Source: Octopus vulgaris
Lineage: Eukaryota
Reading direction: 5' to 3'
NCBI GenBank assembly: GCA_951406725.2
Contig: OX597827.1
Coordinates: 35,774,001-35,838,000 of the forward strand
DNA: 64,000 nt
Below, piece by piece: positions 49,911-64,000 of the stretch. The position numbers and the translations under genes are program-made. Within the stretch, counting starts at the first letter, position 1, and the number at the start of each line of letters is the position of its first letter. Under the pieces are notes generated by a model. That model was not told where the DNA came from. It saw nothing but the letters and a program-made list of their open reading frames with translations, and did no database searches.

Positions 49911-50260
49911 TTCCACTAGTGCTGGTGTTATAAAAAAAAGCAGCCAGTACACTCCGTAAAGTGGTTAGTGTTAGGAAGGACATCCAGACTTAGAGACCTT
50001 GCCAAAACAGACATTTGCGATTGATATGGTCCTCCATCCAAACCATCCAACACATGCCAGCATGGAAGACAGATGTTAAATCATAATGATGATGTTGATA
50101 CATATAATTTAGACCCCTCCACACACACACACATATACTAAGTTACAAATATATGCAAACAAATAAAAATGAATAAACTATGTATATATTTTAAACACAA
50201 GCCTAATAAATACTTCCATCCTATCCTTGTCATGTGACACTATTTTTCTGACTGTCGCAG

Positions 50261-50341
50261 TTGGCCAAACGCCGGATGGAGAAGAAGTACAGAGATAAAG
50301 TGACTGAAGTGCTGGAGGATCTGGAACAGAATGGTGGCACT
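50261..50341 (+). CDS. PACRGL: PACRG-like protein, coding exon 6 (81 nt)
   Basis: cgcag|LAKRRMEKKYRDKVTEVLEDLEQNGGT|gtgagt. Confidence 0.94.
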
Positions 50342-51599
50342 GTGAGTATCTTTGTCATTTATGTTACACAGATTAATTTCAGAGTGGAGTCAATTCTATA
50401 AGGGAAACATCTAAAGCAGTGGTTTTCAAATGGGTTCCATATGACCCTTAGGGGTTCATATAAGATTTAGTTGTTGGAAATTATGTATAATAAATCAGTT
50501 ACTCTTCTCAATACACAAAATATTTTAGCAATTCAATTCTTAATGATAGCTGTATATATATAAAATGAAAGTGAATGGTTCAAGGGAAGCTATTATATAT
50601 ATATGTATCTATCTATCTATCTATTATTATTAACTTTATCTATTATTTGTTTGTCCACCAAAATGAAAGTGAATGGTTCAAGGGAAGCTATTTTGTATAT
50701 GTATCTATCTATTATTATTATTATATATATAACAGGGAAATTCTGTCCATTTCTGTGTTTGCTTGTTAGTTTGTATAAAATTATACAATGGTACATAAAA
50801 ATAATTTCTGTTTAACAGGTTTAGTTGGTCGTGGTCTCACATGGTGAAACCATCTAATAACAAACCCATTCAAAAAGCTGAAATAATACATATACGTACC
50901 AGAGGGGAGAGAGAAACACACAACCAAATAGAATGTTTAAGAGAAGATTTATTGATATGTTAAGATATGTGTCAGTGTGAGCATCATGAATACAGAATAA
51001 TAGACAGGCCATCATGAGAACAAAGTGTATGTGTGTATAGGCATGGATATATGCATGTGCATTAGGTACATATAAAAATAGCAATGAAGTAGACAGTGAA
51101 AGAGTCCGTAATGAGAAGTTAGAAGAATGTTCATAGACACAAGAAATGAGAGTACCAGTTCAATTATACAGGGTAATTGAAATACTGTATCAAGTTGCAG
51201 CGATGATGCGAAGCTGGTTGCCGCACATGTTGTACGGGAAGTTGTGGCTGTAATACTGCTGCTTGTTACAGGAGTTATTGCAGGTTGTATATTCACTGTT
51301 GATCCATGGTGAAGCACTTTACAAACAATGAAGTATTGGAACCTATGCAAGTTGCTGGTTGAGCTGTGTACATAGAGAGATGATGTTGACGACATTAAGA
51401 AGATGATGGTGGCAATGAAGACAGAGGTTGCCATAATGCTGTTGGACGGGTGTTGTCATCTGGTGTTGTTGCAGGAACTGACTGTGTCTTATGTGGTCAG
51501 TGGCTGGACCTTAAAGGGTTTGGAACGAAAGACCTCAAGACTGGGTTTTTATAAGGAGCTGTAGGCTATAACTGGGTTGAAAGCTTAGTGTCCAATGAA

Positions 51600-52161
51600 G
51601 GAAAGTTAGCATGGGTGCCAGTCATTGAATTTGGTTTGATTTCACTTGTCTCAACAGGTCTTCGCAAGCAGTTTTATGTCCAAAGAAGGAAAGGTACGCA
51701 TAAGTGGGGTGGCTACACCCCTGGTAAAGGCCACAGGTTATGGTCTCACTTGTCTTGCTGGGTCTTCTCACGCACAGCGTATTTCCAAAGGTCTCGGTCA
51801 CTAGTCATTACTTCGAAGGTCGTGCTTCACCACCTCATCCCAGGTTTTCCTGGGTCTACCTCTTCCACAGATTCCCTCAACCACTAGGGTGTGGCACTTT
51901 TTCACACAGCTATCCTCATCCATTCTCACCACATAACCATACCAGTGCAATCGTCTCTCTTGCACACCACAACTGATGCTTCTTAGGTCCAACTTTTTTC
52001 TCAAGGTACTTACTCTCTGTTGAGTATGTACACTGACATTGCACATCCATCGGAGCATACTGGCTTCGTTCCTTGCAAGCTTATGCATGTCCTCAGCAGT
52101 CAAGGCCCATGTTTCACTGCCATGTAGCATGGCTGTTCGTACACATCCGTCATACAGTCTG

Positions 52162-52162
<1 letters not shown>
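51600..52162 (-). mobile_element. RTE-clade LINE 3' fragment
   Basis: GRLYDGCVRTAMLHGSETW...MLRWMC...RRLHWYGYV.RM...GRGRPRKTW. Confidence 0.88.
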
Positions 52163-52196
<34 letters not shown>

Positions 52197-52387
52197 ACAC
52201 ACTCACACATAGATTAATTCAAAATCACTTATTCTTGGAAAGACGGAATGGGTTTAGTGGATAGTGCAAGATCTGGGTGGGAAGACATAGATGATGAGAG
52301 GAGAAATCAGTTGAATTAGGTGGGTCTTGATGTAACAGGTCAATTTAATCCATTTTCATGAAATTCTTTTCTCTTTGATCTTTACAG

Positions 52388-52444
52388 GAAACGCTGGTAA
52401 TTATAAAATCCAAGATCCCTACATACAGCTCCATTAACAGATGA
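52388..52444 (+). CDS. PACRGL: PACRG-like protein, last coding exon (57 nt including stop)
   Basis: tttacag|ETLVIIKSKIPTYSSINR*, the conserved IKSKIPTY.S C-terminus. Confidence 0.95.
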   Translation, partial: ETLVIIKSKIPTYSSINR

Positions 52445-53585
52445 AAGGATACATCTGGTGGATATCTGTCAGTCATGTGACCTGTTTCAGTATGAAATGT
52501 GAAGAAGTAAAGCAAAGGGGAGGAAAAGAAGATGCGGAGGAGAGAGACTACTACTAATTTCAGTCTTTAAAGTCTGTTCTTTACTTCTTTCCAACCAAAT
52601 TATACAACTATGATGTCATACAACCTTCATATCAGCTATTTTGTCACATTTAAGTATCTATTTCTGATAATTGTATAAAAACCACCCAATGCATCTTCAA
52701 GTCTTTTTCACATTTTTATGAAGTAATTGATGGCAAAGAAAAGAATACTAAATTTACTTTTACAAGGGCAGGTTGGAGATGGGGGGGGTGCTAAATGTTT
52801 GTCATTTGAACACTGATTTGATTGTCTTAAGTGAATTCTTTGCCCAATCTGGTAAAAGATAGCTCATCTGTTTCATTTCCATTCATTTGCTGGATAACTC
52901 AAAATAACAACTGAAAAAAATATATTTTGTTATTGTAAAAATTTCCTTTCATTTGTTGTTGTATTCATCATTTATATTAAGAATATCTTTCAAGTTAGGC
53001 TTGAAAATAGAACATGAAATCAACCTTGAAACGATGAGGGTAGTAGTAATTAATGTTGATCTTAATTATATCTGATGATGTAGGTCAATCTATATTATTT
53101 GATCAATATTTAAACCAGTGGCTATTAAACTTTTTTTTTTCATAGTGCTCCCCCACCTACTCCTTAAGTAGTTGTTAAGCTTAGTGTCCACTTAAGTGGA
53201 AAGTGAGATATTATGACCAAACTAACTTAACATGGATGATAATTTATAAATTTTACTCATAAAATGGATTGTATAAGTTTTTAACTTTGAAATGATAAAA
53301 AATAATAAAGACAAAAGTTATAAATTTACTTTATATTGCAAGTTAATAACTTCCCTGTGCCTGATGAGATCTCATTTTATTTTTATAATCATTACTAGTT
53401 AAGTATTTGGTGCATAACAAAAGAGTCTTTCATAAAATTATGATAGAAAATTCTAATTTAACTATGAACCTTTTAAAATAGGTAATCTTTTGTATCACAG
53501 AACTCTCACTCAGGTTGGTATCAAAAGAGTGAAAAAATTAAGTCCAAATTATAGTCTCATATATAATATAATTACTACTATACCT

Positions 53586-53816
53586 ATTTCTTTACTACCC
53601 ACAAGGGGCTAAGTAGAGAGGACAAACAAGGACAGACAGACGGATTAAGTCGATTATATCGACCCCAGTGCGTAACTGGTACTTATTTAATCGACCCCAA
53701 AAGGATGAAAGGCAAAGTCGACCTCAGCGGAATTTGAACTAAGAATGTAGCGGCAGACGAAATACCACAAAGCATTTGGCCCAGTGTGCTAACGATTCTG
53801 CCAGCTCGCCGCCTTA
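53586..53816 (-). mobile_element. Full-length tRNA-SINE with Tx1-like tail
   Basis: Close match to 8036-8266; retains many CpGs, so probably a young insertion. Confidence 0.85.
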
Positions 53817-54126
53817 AATAATTATAATTACTACTATAGATAAAATTTAGTATGTTATGTTACCACACTGCCTTCTAAAGCCTAATGCCTCTTCAACATA
53901 CCTATTGAGAACCTCTGATATTGGACTACTATCTCAGGCATGGGTGTGTGATTAAGAATCTTGCTTCACAACCACAAAGTTCCAGGTTCAGTCCCACTGT
54001 ATAGCACTTTGGGTAAATGCTTTCTATTAAGGGAGAAACTCAAACAAAGTCTTGTGAGTGGATTTGGCTGGCAAATATTGAAAGAAGCCTATTTTGTGTG
54101 TGTATATATATGTGTGTGTGTGTGTG

Positions 54127-54167
<41 letters not shown>

Positions 54168-54292
54168 TATAATGGAGAAAGCTGCATATTAATTAGGTAT
54201 GTAACAATTACTAAAAGTACTAAAAGAAAGCAATTATTAAAGTGTTGACCGTCTGGAAATATTTTTATAAATTCATGTTCTAACAAATTTGT

Positions 54293-57200
54293 TTCTTTAT
54301 TGCCCGGGGTGGGGGGCAACATAGAGAGGACAGCACAGCCTGATTGGGGTCAGACACACAAATGATAATAAAAATTTATAAACGTTTACAATAAGATCAG
54401 GTGAAATACAATACAAAAGACAAAATTACACATGCACAATGAGATAGAAAAACAGGTTATGCTCCGACCCCACAAGCCCTGTTCTGCTACCGGTACCTTT
54501 TTGTTCAGCCTTATGCCACATTCACAAAGAGTCTTTCACACCCAGCATTCTCGCTACACACATCCATCTGTCTTTAAACATCATCTCTGACAGGCATCTT
54601 CTCTCTAGTCTCACTTTCCTTTTCAAGTGAAAGGTGAAGAATCCCACCAACCCAAGACCAGAGATGAAGTTGCCTGTCGCCATTCCTTTCATTCTCATCT
54701 TTCATATCGTCTCTTTCGCAATTGCTACTACTACGAGAAAGCAATTCTTACCTTCTTTTGTGAGGAAATCCAGCGGGTCAGTTTTTAAAATTGATTCAGA
54801 CAACAGCTGTACTCTTCTTAAATCTGACAACAGGTGTTCCACATAAGTCGACATTTCTGGACACTGAACAATAGCATGCAAGACAGTTTCCCTTTCCTGC
54901 TCACATCTTGGACAGGCCCATGGACCAGGCTGGCCATGTCTGTTGAGCTTATCCCGAATGGGTAAGGCTCCTTGGTAACATTGCCAGGCCAGAGATTTTT
55001 GGAAGTTATCCAAAGTTCCCGGCCCGAATGTCCTTTGGAACAGACTGTCTAATTGGTTCTCATTGAAACCCAGGGCATCATCGTTTCCAGCCTCCACCAA
55101 CCTGCTACAGAAAGATGCAGTGGTACCAAAACCGTTGGCACTACCCGAGCAACTGAACAGTAGGAGGGCCTTATGGCACTCCGTAAACCATGTACCCAAC
55201 GTCGATTTTCAACGAAACCAGCTTTCTTGTCCACCAAAACTGGTGAACCTAGGAAACATCCATTTCGCAAGCAGAGACCACACCTGTTCACCATCCAGGA
55301 GAAGCCTGAGGTGCCTCAACTTCAGCTCATGCTTGCGCATCATCAGCCAAGGCATCCCTAGTCCTCCCTTCAACAGCTTCTGACAGCAGATAGAACACCT
55401 CACAAGTAGGGTTGAGCCCTTCCACAAAAAGCAGAAGATTTGTCTCTCCAACTTGCTCAACCACGAATCAGGACAGGGAACGACAGTTAGGTGGTAAATG
55501 ATGATCGATGTGATAAATACATTGGCCACCTCTACCCTCCCTTTCAATGATGGCCACCGCCAAGACCAGGTCTTGACTATGAGGGTCACCTTGCTCGATA
55601 CCTCTGTCCAGTTCTTTTCTACCTGGAGATCTGGGCCACACCAGACTCCTAGCAACTTAACCGGGCCCTGCGTCCAATATTCCACAATGCTATTTGAAGG
55701 TATTGACTTGCCCCTCCAGGTGCTGAGTTGCAAGCTGTCTGATTTTTCCTGGTTAATCTTTGCTCCTGCCACCATCTCGTAAACCTTAATGGTTTTTCCT
55801 ACCGTCTGTAGGTGTTCCATCTTGGTCATGATGATGGTTATGTCGTCCACATATGCTGACAACAAACCTCTATCAACTGGTTCCCTCAGGATGCCACTCA
55901 ACTTTCACAGTGACAGCTCCAGAGCCATCACATACAAAAGCGGTGAGAGCAGACATCCTTGGCAAATGGAACATTTGATACAGAACAGCTTAGAAAGAAA
56001 GCCGTTCACCCGAATGATCGAGTCGATGTTGTCATATAACTATATGATCCACCTGAGGAAGCCATGACCCCACCCAAACTGCATGAGAACAGACACCAGG
56101 TAGTGATGGTCAACCTTATTGAATGCTTCGGATTGGTCTATATGGACCAAAACCCCACCCTTGCCAGAATCGTTACCAAACCCTTCTAAGGTGTAACGTA
56201 TAAGATGGAGATTATCCTGAATGCTTCTACTGGGGACAGCACAAGTCTGTGCCTTGCCGATCAGATCATCCGCAACACGTGCCAATCTTTTTACTAACAC
56301 CTTGGCCAAAATCTTCAACTCTATATTTAACAGAGTGATGGGCCTAAAATTATCTATTCTGTCCCCCTTGTCCGTGTCCTTTCTGACCAGAGTCACCACT
56401 CCCCGGCACACAGATCTGGGAATCATCCCATTCTGCTGCCAGCTCACGTAAACCCCAGCCAGTATGTGCCCAAACAAGTCTGGAATACTTTTATACAATT
56501 CGTATGGCAGACCATCAAGACCCAGCACCCTACCAATGCTGCAGTCCGCTATAGCCTCTTCCACCTCCTCATGTATGATCGACCCTTCACAGCACTCCGC
56601 ATCTCACCCTGAGCAACACGGCAGCCCAGCGAGGAAGTTCATAAGGTCCAACCTACTATCCATCTATCACTCCCCCTGAATAGCTGGGCGAAGTGCTCCT
56701 AAAAATTCTTACACATCTTCTCGGGTTCGTTTACCAACTCACTTTGTAGGTTCTCCAAAGATCAAATTGTGGAATCATTTCCCTGTTGGGCTTCCACCAC
56801 TTGGGCCCATCCAGCAGCTCTGATCCCCTCGCAACCCATTGCACGAAATCTAGCCCTGACAATACACCCTGTGTTTGGCTTCGAGGTGCTGGTTTAATTT
56901 CATCTCTTTGCCTTCACCTGAGATGTACTGCCAGTCACCATGGTTTCCTCTTGGGCCTTAGCTAGTTCTACCTCCCTCCTACGTTCTCTAGCCACTAAAC
57001 TTATGCTATATCTAACAGACTCAAATTTAATGGCTCTTTTTAGGGTGTACCACTATTTATTGTTAATGATGCTACCTGTCAATGCCCTCTTTATTAACAA
57101 CTTAATCTGGTTCCTGTACTCCTCAATCGCCAAAAGGGACTTATTGAGGTTCCAGTAGCCAGAGCCTCTACTATTTAATTTATCTAGGTTCAGCTTACAG

Positions 57201-57830
57201 ATCACTGTAGCTGACCAGGTGAAATTGTGGACATCTAACTATGTTTTATCTATTTTTCTAATTAGTATTCTATCTATATACGACCTTGAAGACCCGTCAC
57301 CACTTAACCACATCCACTGTGGGGCATTCGGGAATTCCAGTCTGTATGGGTCTACAAGCTGAAAACGACTTAGTAGATCCTGGAAGCCAGGATTTGGTTT
57401 CCTATTCGAATTCGAGCCAACACTATCCATGCGTGCATCATGAATAGTGTTAAAGTCTCCTAACAAAACTAACAGATACAATGTTCCAAGAAACTTCTCT
57501 AGGTCTCGAAAATACTCAGTCTGACCAGAATTGGGGGCGTAAATTTACACTAGTCTGATTTTCTTACCACAACTGAAAGTCAAATCTAAGACAACCAGCC
57601 TACCTTCTGGGTCAGGAAGAAAATCAACTTTTTCTCTGAAATCCGGTTTCTTTTTAGTAGGGCCAAAACCCTGCCCACAGGCCGGCCTGGAGAAATAAAT
57701 TTTTCTTAACGATCCAGGAGCAGGAGCAGGCCACTTGGTCCTTTGAACCAGGTTTCAGTAGAAACAATAACATCTAACTTACATGACCTGACGTCATTTA
57801 GGAAACACCCTTGCTTCCAGTTCACCTTAC
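54293..57830 (-). mobile_element. Tx1/L1-clade LINE ORF2 pseudogene (APE endonuclease, RT, zinc finger, 3' UTR)
   Basis: LLGDFN...SRSYIDRIL; GLDGLPYELY, NFRPITLLN...KILAK, AYVDD; CPRC...ETV.H....CP. Several frameshifts. Confidence 0.95.
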
Positions 57831-59602
57831 AATAATAACTATCCGGACCAATTTTGGCCATTTTCCCATTTCACGCTCATATGCATTGATGTTTTTTCAA
57901 TATTTTTCTCCTAGTAAACACATTTTATGGAATGATGATGCCAAAATAATACATGCATAGTCTTGTGCTGCATCACTTTTGTGAAGTTTTGTCAGTAACC
58001 AGGTCACGGTTTCAAAGTGATGAAAATATTTTGACACAAATGAAATTTAAATGTTGAAGTGAAAGTAACAGTTTTTGTGTGTTCTTGAATGGCTCACAAG
58101 CATCTTCTACACTGCAATTGTTTTTTTTTTTTCCAGAAAACAATCTTAGTTCAATTCACTTGCTATGCAAGTACATCTCCATAGTTTTTTAAAATTACTG
58201 TGGATGTATGCCAGCAACGACCTTCTCAGGCTCTCCAATATTTTAATTTCTAAACAGAAATAATTGGGGGCAGGGAGTGAGATTGCAAAAATTCATAATT
58301 TCCCAACTTTTCTTTTTTATAGCATATATATGTATTTATGGGGGAAAAATATTGAAAAACATCAATACATGCAAGAGTGATAAAGAAACGAAGTGGGTTG
58401 TCTTTAGATGGGCTAGAAACAACAGCTAAATTACCCCTAAATCACTTTTCCCCTCTGAATATATTAACAATTAAAAAACATTTTTTTTACCGAAAATGCT
58501 CTTCCCATAGTTTTGAAGTGCAAAAAATTGTCCAAAATAGGTCCAGAGTAGGATGATGAGGGAGGGGGGTGTAAACAATAGAGATTTCAAAACATTTTTC
58601 ATACAAAGATGACCCCCTCCCCACCCCAACCCCATCATTTCGAAGGTTTTGGTTTAAAAAAGAATGAGGAAAATCCCTACAAATTTTCATTAAAAGATAC
58701 CTATTTTCCTGAAAGTTATGAGGGGAAAAAAGTCAGATTGTGTGAATTTTCCAAAACTCCTCTCACCACCCCCTTGGAAAAATTCTTTCCCATAAATCCC
58801 AATATACTCTGAAGCCACAAAATCTAAGCAACAAGGACATCCAGCTATAGAAAATTTGCCTCAACAAATTCCAACTGACCCATGTGAGCATGGAAAAGTA
58901 AATGTTAAAATGATGATAACAACAATGATGATGATCTCATTCTTTGTAAGTTCTAATCTAATGTAAGCATTTTGCTAGGTTTCAAACCAGGATATTTTTC
59001 AGACTCTGGCTGCCAAGTCTGTACTAGGTACCTGTATAAAGTGATTTTTTTCCCCCATCTGTTGCTTAATTCTACCATAATTAGATTTAAATACTAGGTC
59101 TCGGAGTGGTTGGCGTTAGGAAGGGCATCCAGCTGTAGAAACTCTGCCAGATCAAGACTGGTGCCTGGTGCAGCCATCTGGTTTGCCAGCCCCCAGTCAA
59201 AATCGTCCAACCCATGCTAGCATGGAAAGTGGACGTTAAACGATGATGATGTCTCTGCTCTTTGAAAGCTTACTTAACTCACCTAGTTTTATATTAAGTT
59301 AATTCTTTCATGAACATTTGACAAAAGACTCTCCATGTGTTTTAAGGAATTTTGAAAATAATCAAGAATTTAGAGGGATTTAGTAAAATGATTCACATTT
59401 TGGTATTTAACATACTCAAGATAAATATTTGGTGCATAACAAAAGATTCCTTCATAAAATTATGACAGAAGGTTCTAAATTGACTATGAACATTTTAAAA
59501 TAGGTAAATTTTTGTATCACAGAACCAGACACCAGGTTGGGATCAAAAGAGTGAAAGAGTTTAAGTCCAGATTATAGTTTCATTTTAATAGTAGGAGTAT
59601 AA

Positions 59603-59821
59603 CCTTTTAGCCATTAGATTATTCTGTCAAAAGTATACTTATTCATTCACATTGTTTTAAATTAATCATGCATTATCTCATAGCTTTGAAATTTTGATGA
59701 TGTGACTGTATGTTTTTACTATGGCATTGGAGGGTAGGTGTGATAGGCTGGATCTGGCTGGTTAGAACATAAAACAAGTAGTATATTTGGACCAGATATA
59801 GCCAGTTTAAATGCTAAAGGG
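59603..59821. mobile_element. piggyBac-like MITE
   Basis: ATAA|CCTTTTAGC ... GCTAAAGGG|TTAA. Confidence 0.55.
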
Positions 59822-61623
59822 TTAATGGAGAAAAGTTTTGTCTATTATATAGGCAAGTCAAGCAACTATATAGAACTTCTTTCCTAGCTCATGACGATGA
59901 TATATGCATCATCAATTTTATCCTTTTTTTTTTTCCATAACCACATATGTAGGAGTTTGCTATCACACTACACACAACTAACTAGATATAATGGTTTCAA
60001 ATTTTGGCACAAGACCACTAAGTCAATTAAATTAACCACAGTGTTCAACTGGTACTTATTTTATCAAGGCTGAAAGGCAAAGTTGACTCAAGCAGAATTT
60101 GAACTCAGAACGTAAAGCCAGACGAAATTCCACAAAGCATTCCACCCAGCATGCTAATGATTCTGTCAGCTTGCCACCTTAAACTAGCTGGATATAATGG
60201 CATCGTATATATATACTATGTTTGAGCATTCAATTTTTTTTTTTTTCACACCTAAGAACAAAACTAATTATTTAATGACACTGATGGCAAGTGTGATCCA
60301 CACCTGGTTTTTTTTTCCATTTATTTAAAAAAACACAACTAGTACAGGCATCCCCACTTTCTCGTGCTATAGAAATGGCAACATTCCAGAAAATCTTATC
60401 ATAAGATGGTATCTTGTAATGTGAAATCTATTTCCCTCATGCACTTCCATGTAATATAACATGGAAATTAATAACATGGTGTGGAATTCCTTGTTACAGT
60501 AAGATTTTCAGTAATGTAATACTTCCATAACATGGGGGATGACTATTTATATTCCATGACATTTTTAATGTTTCCAGCATGGTTCCTTATGTTGAAGGAA
60601 ACAGACTTACCTAAAACGTTAGTTTCCACTTCTCATAGTACACACCAATGGAGAAAGCCTCTATCACCACTTTACCTTCGGTGAAATCTCCTTCAGATTG
60701 TTCTTCATCAGTTTAAATAACCAAATTACAGAATGGACAAAAGTCAGCTTTTATACTCTATAAAGTAATTAGTGTTAGGAAAGACATCCAGCTACAGAAA
60801 TCATGAAATCATGCTGAAACTGGACTGCACAATTGAAATGTGACCTTCTGACCTGTTTTGAAGGCAAGTACCTTCAAATTTGGAAAACAGATGTTAAGTA
60901 ACATTTTAAATACACACATGCACATATATATCAGTTCAAAAATGTTTGGGACATATTTGACTTGTAAAAAAGCAACTTCACTGCAATCTGTCATGGAGAA
61001 AAATTCTTGCTTTAAGAAAAAGGTGTTAAAAAACATCAAAGTCAGTTCAGAGACTCCATCCACTCTGGTTGACTGGTAGATGCATTTTGAGCTTTTGCTC
61101 TCTGCAGTTACAGATACCAAGCAGGGCAACTCTCAACTGACTGGAAGTTTTAACTTCCTCTTAAGAGATCAGTAAATATTATTTATTGATTACATGGTAC
61201 AGCTGCTGAGCCAGAACAAAATACCTGGACAGCACCCAAAGCAGTAATGCAAAATAAACAAACTTTACTTAGTGGCCATGAATGACAGCTTGGTATACAT
61301 AGATGATGAAGCATAACAATGCAGAATTGCATGCATCCTACAATCCAGTGATATCATTCATAACCTAATAATGTTTCCACTCATACTGTCTCTAAGGATA
61401 CTTTCTTCTCTCAAGACAATCTTCACAGTATAATGTAATAGTTGGCATTAGGAAGGGCTTCCAGTTATAAAAACTATGCCAAAATGGACATTGAAGCTTG
61501 GTGTGCTCTTCTGGCTTGCCAGCTCCTGTCAAGCCATCCAACCCATGCCAATGATGATAATGATTGTTTATCAGTCTGGACGTACACAAACATGTTAAAT
61601 ATGATTTCATATAACTCTGTACA

Positions 61624-61945
61624 CATCATCATCATCATCATCGTTTAACGTCCGCTTTCCATGCTAGCATGGGTTGGATGGTTCAACTGGGGTCTGGGAA
61701 GCCAGGAGGCTGCACCAGGCCCAGTCTGATCTGGCAGTGATTCTACAGCTGGATGCCCTTCCTAATGCCAACCACTCCGTGACTGTAGTGGGTGTTTTTT
61801 ACGTGCCACCGGCACAGGTGCCAGACGAGGCTGGCAATGGCCACGATCGGTTGGTGCTTTTTACGTGCCACTGGCACGGAGGCCAGTCAGGGCGGCGCTG
61901 GCAACAGCTACGTTCGGATGGTTCTTTTACGTGCCACCGGCATAT
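61624..61945 (-). mobile_element. SINE / RTE-like 3' end with (GAT)n tail (other copies ~43697-44050, 59101-59250)
   Basis: Shared cagctggatgcccttcctaa.gccaaccactccg and catcatcatc..gtttaa.gtccgctttccatg. Confidence 0.8.
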
Positions 61946-62719
61946 ATGAGGTGGTATTAAAACATTCCCGGACTAGTTATGTTTAATAAAAAATAACTTA
62001 TTTACCTAAGTATCAGTCTGATACTATACTAAACTAACAGTACCTGTATAAGACAATACTGATTTAGCTAATATTGTCAGTATGATACTATATTGACTAA
62101 GCTAATAATACCAATTTAATACTATACTGACATGTTAAGTGTTGATATCATACAATGCTGGCTTAACTTTGTTTATCTAGCCAAGATTTATTGATTCTGA
62201 AGAGTCAAAACAATATCTACCGATTGTGTCTATCCACTACTTAGTTACAGATTGTGACTTTCTAGTCAGCATCTAGAGATTATATCTATCTAGCAAACAT
62301 CTATAAACTGTCTATTCAGTCAACATCTATAGTTTTTAAATGTTTTTGTTAAAATATGGTCACCAAAGGATTACTACAGTGAAAACATTAAAGACATTAT
62401 GTAACGTGGAAAAGATAATATTAACTCTATGGTTACTATTACTTTAAATATTTCACCAAGTATGGGAGATAACTTTGGGCATGTTTTGGTTTTAATAGCT
62501 CTCCTCAGTGAAACACTGGCTTCATTATACTTGCTGAATTATTGGTGGAAAAATCACTGAGTATTATGTCATTATAGCCGCCAATTTCAAACTGAATATC
62601 TACGTAAAAAAAAAAAAGACTGTTCTAGTTCCAAAACACTATCATATACAAACCAGAAAATGGACCTCCACATATTTACTCAATCTGCTAGAAATAACTG
62701 CCAATATTTTTCAAATAAC

Positions 62720-64000
62720 ATCCAACTGTTTTAAAGAAGGTCATGCGTCTCGAGGAACACTACACCTGGAAAAAAACAATGGAATATCGTCGATCTTAAA
62801 TCAACTCAAAGTTGTCTTAGGACTAATTAAGAGCCACAACAATGTACTAATTAGATATCCCTAGCTGCAAAATAACAGCTCGTAGAAGCTTTCAACAAAA
62901 ATTAGGGTAAAACTGCTAATAAACTTCAACTGAAAATTAATTTCCATTGATGAAATTTAAAAAATTCGATATTTTTACCAAATAAAGGCTTTTTACCATG
63001 TCAAATTCCCGTTTGTCCCATCTAACCTATCAAAGACTAAATCCATCTAAAGTAAAAAGATATTTTGTTCTATGATGCTGGTTGGGACTGACAGTAAATT
63101 TTGTACGAAGCGGTATTCTTTATTTCATTGAAGTTCATTCTCCCTTCCCCACCTTCTACTCATGTTCCTCAGCTTCTTTCTTTTATAGGTTCGCTGTTTC
63201 TTCTCTCTCAATCTCATGGTTGTTCTGTTTTAAAAATACTTCGTAAATAAAGTACAGATGAGAATGAAAATGAAATAACTTTACGAATTATCACCTTAAT
63301 GGAGAAGGGAGTAAACATTATCCTAGCAAACAACATATTTCCAAAATTTCTTCAATAAATTCTCCTGTCAAACAAAGAAAAATTCCATTGATCACTTTTC
63401 CTTGTACTATGTGTGTGTGCGCGCGCTACAAAATATCAGGTGAGAAGAGGGCTAGTGCTTCTATACTAAACAATATGATAAATATTTTGGGCAGTTTTGC
63501 TGGTAGGAACAGTCAGCTCATAAAGTACAACGTTCTGAAATTTAACTTTCCGAACTAAACTACATCAATTTCCTCCTTCTGGTCAGACTTCGTTAACGAA
63601 CTATGAGCGTGCCCCCTCACCGAGTAATGAAAGCAATTAAAAATGAATAGTCCTAGATAATATAACCTTAAATTGGAAAAGTGCGCGGTACGCTGGTAAA
63701 TTCTTGCTGAAATGGGTCAGCAGCCAGGTTTTGATTCCCTTTTAGCTTACCTTATTACATTAATACCTGACAAAGGCTTGAAACAACACAATCCACATTT
63801 ATCCCTATTCCATAACATTGAGACCTTTTCATTAATTCTAACATAATATTTCCAACAGGCATTGAAATGATAGTGATGGTGGCGGCGCGATGTAGACTGC
63901 CCCAAACTGTCTACACCACCACTACTATAAAAGACAGACGAGTTATACACTTGTAAAAAAAACAAAAAAAACATGAAAACTAGCCTCTCGATAGTTATTT
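62720..64000. promoter_or_regulatory. CpG-retaining non-repeat region, possible promoter / first exon of a neighbouring transcript
   Basis: CpGs return (gcgcgcgc, gtgcgcggtacgc, ggcggcgcga). Strong minus-strand donor AAG|GTAAGC at 63751/63750. Confidence 0.3.

Noticed and set aside
51012-51434. 140 aa Ser/Thr-rich antisense ORF in the last PACRGL intron
   Set aside because: Low complexity, no splice support, probably repeat-derived.
60611-61129. Minus-strand GTAAGT donor at 60610, a CTGATGA...GAAA motif and ORF 60809-61129 as a second gene or ribozyme
   Set aside because: The frames I checked contain stops and the stems do not form. The region follows a pogo/Tigger-like terminus (~60345) and is more likely decayed transposon.

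Overview
AT-rich, repeat-dense animal DNA, most likely an octopod cephalopod. The organism is inferred from the SINE families and the (TA)n/(CA)n/(TAA)n/(CATA)n load, and is not proven. I can support one host gene: PACRG-like (PACRGL), + strand, 7 coding exons from 37658 to 52444, 262 aa, all six introns GT-AG and in frame. Nearly everything else is mobile DNA: Penelope-like elements (PLEs), Tx1/L1, R4/Dong, CRE, RTE and CR1/L2 LINE fragments, Tc1, mariner, hAT, piggyBac-like MITEs, Helitrons and many tRNA-derived SINEs. The most notable observations are: (1) a core-intact type I hammerhead ribozyme at 26779-26863 plus several decayed or variant ones; (2) a PLE split into divergent RT and GIY-YIG halves, as expected from twin priming; (3) a ~720 bp inverted duplication with the footprint of a staggered-break inversion, next to (TA)n-centred palindromes; (4) one SINE head carrying two different 3' tails, one shared with the local Tx1 LINE; (5) an ORF1-retaining Tx1 lacking endonuclease and RT; (6) a CpG-depleted domain (~32-62.5 kb) running ~10 kb past the PACRGL stop. 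I found no CRISPR, rRNA or true tRNA, and no unambiguous wholly new system; the findings are testable leads. Repeat boundaries are approximate and family names come from recalled motifs, not database searches.
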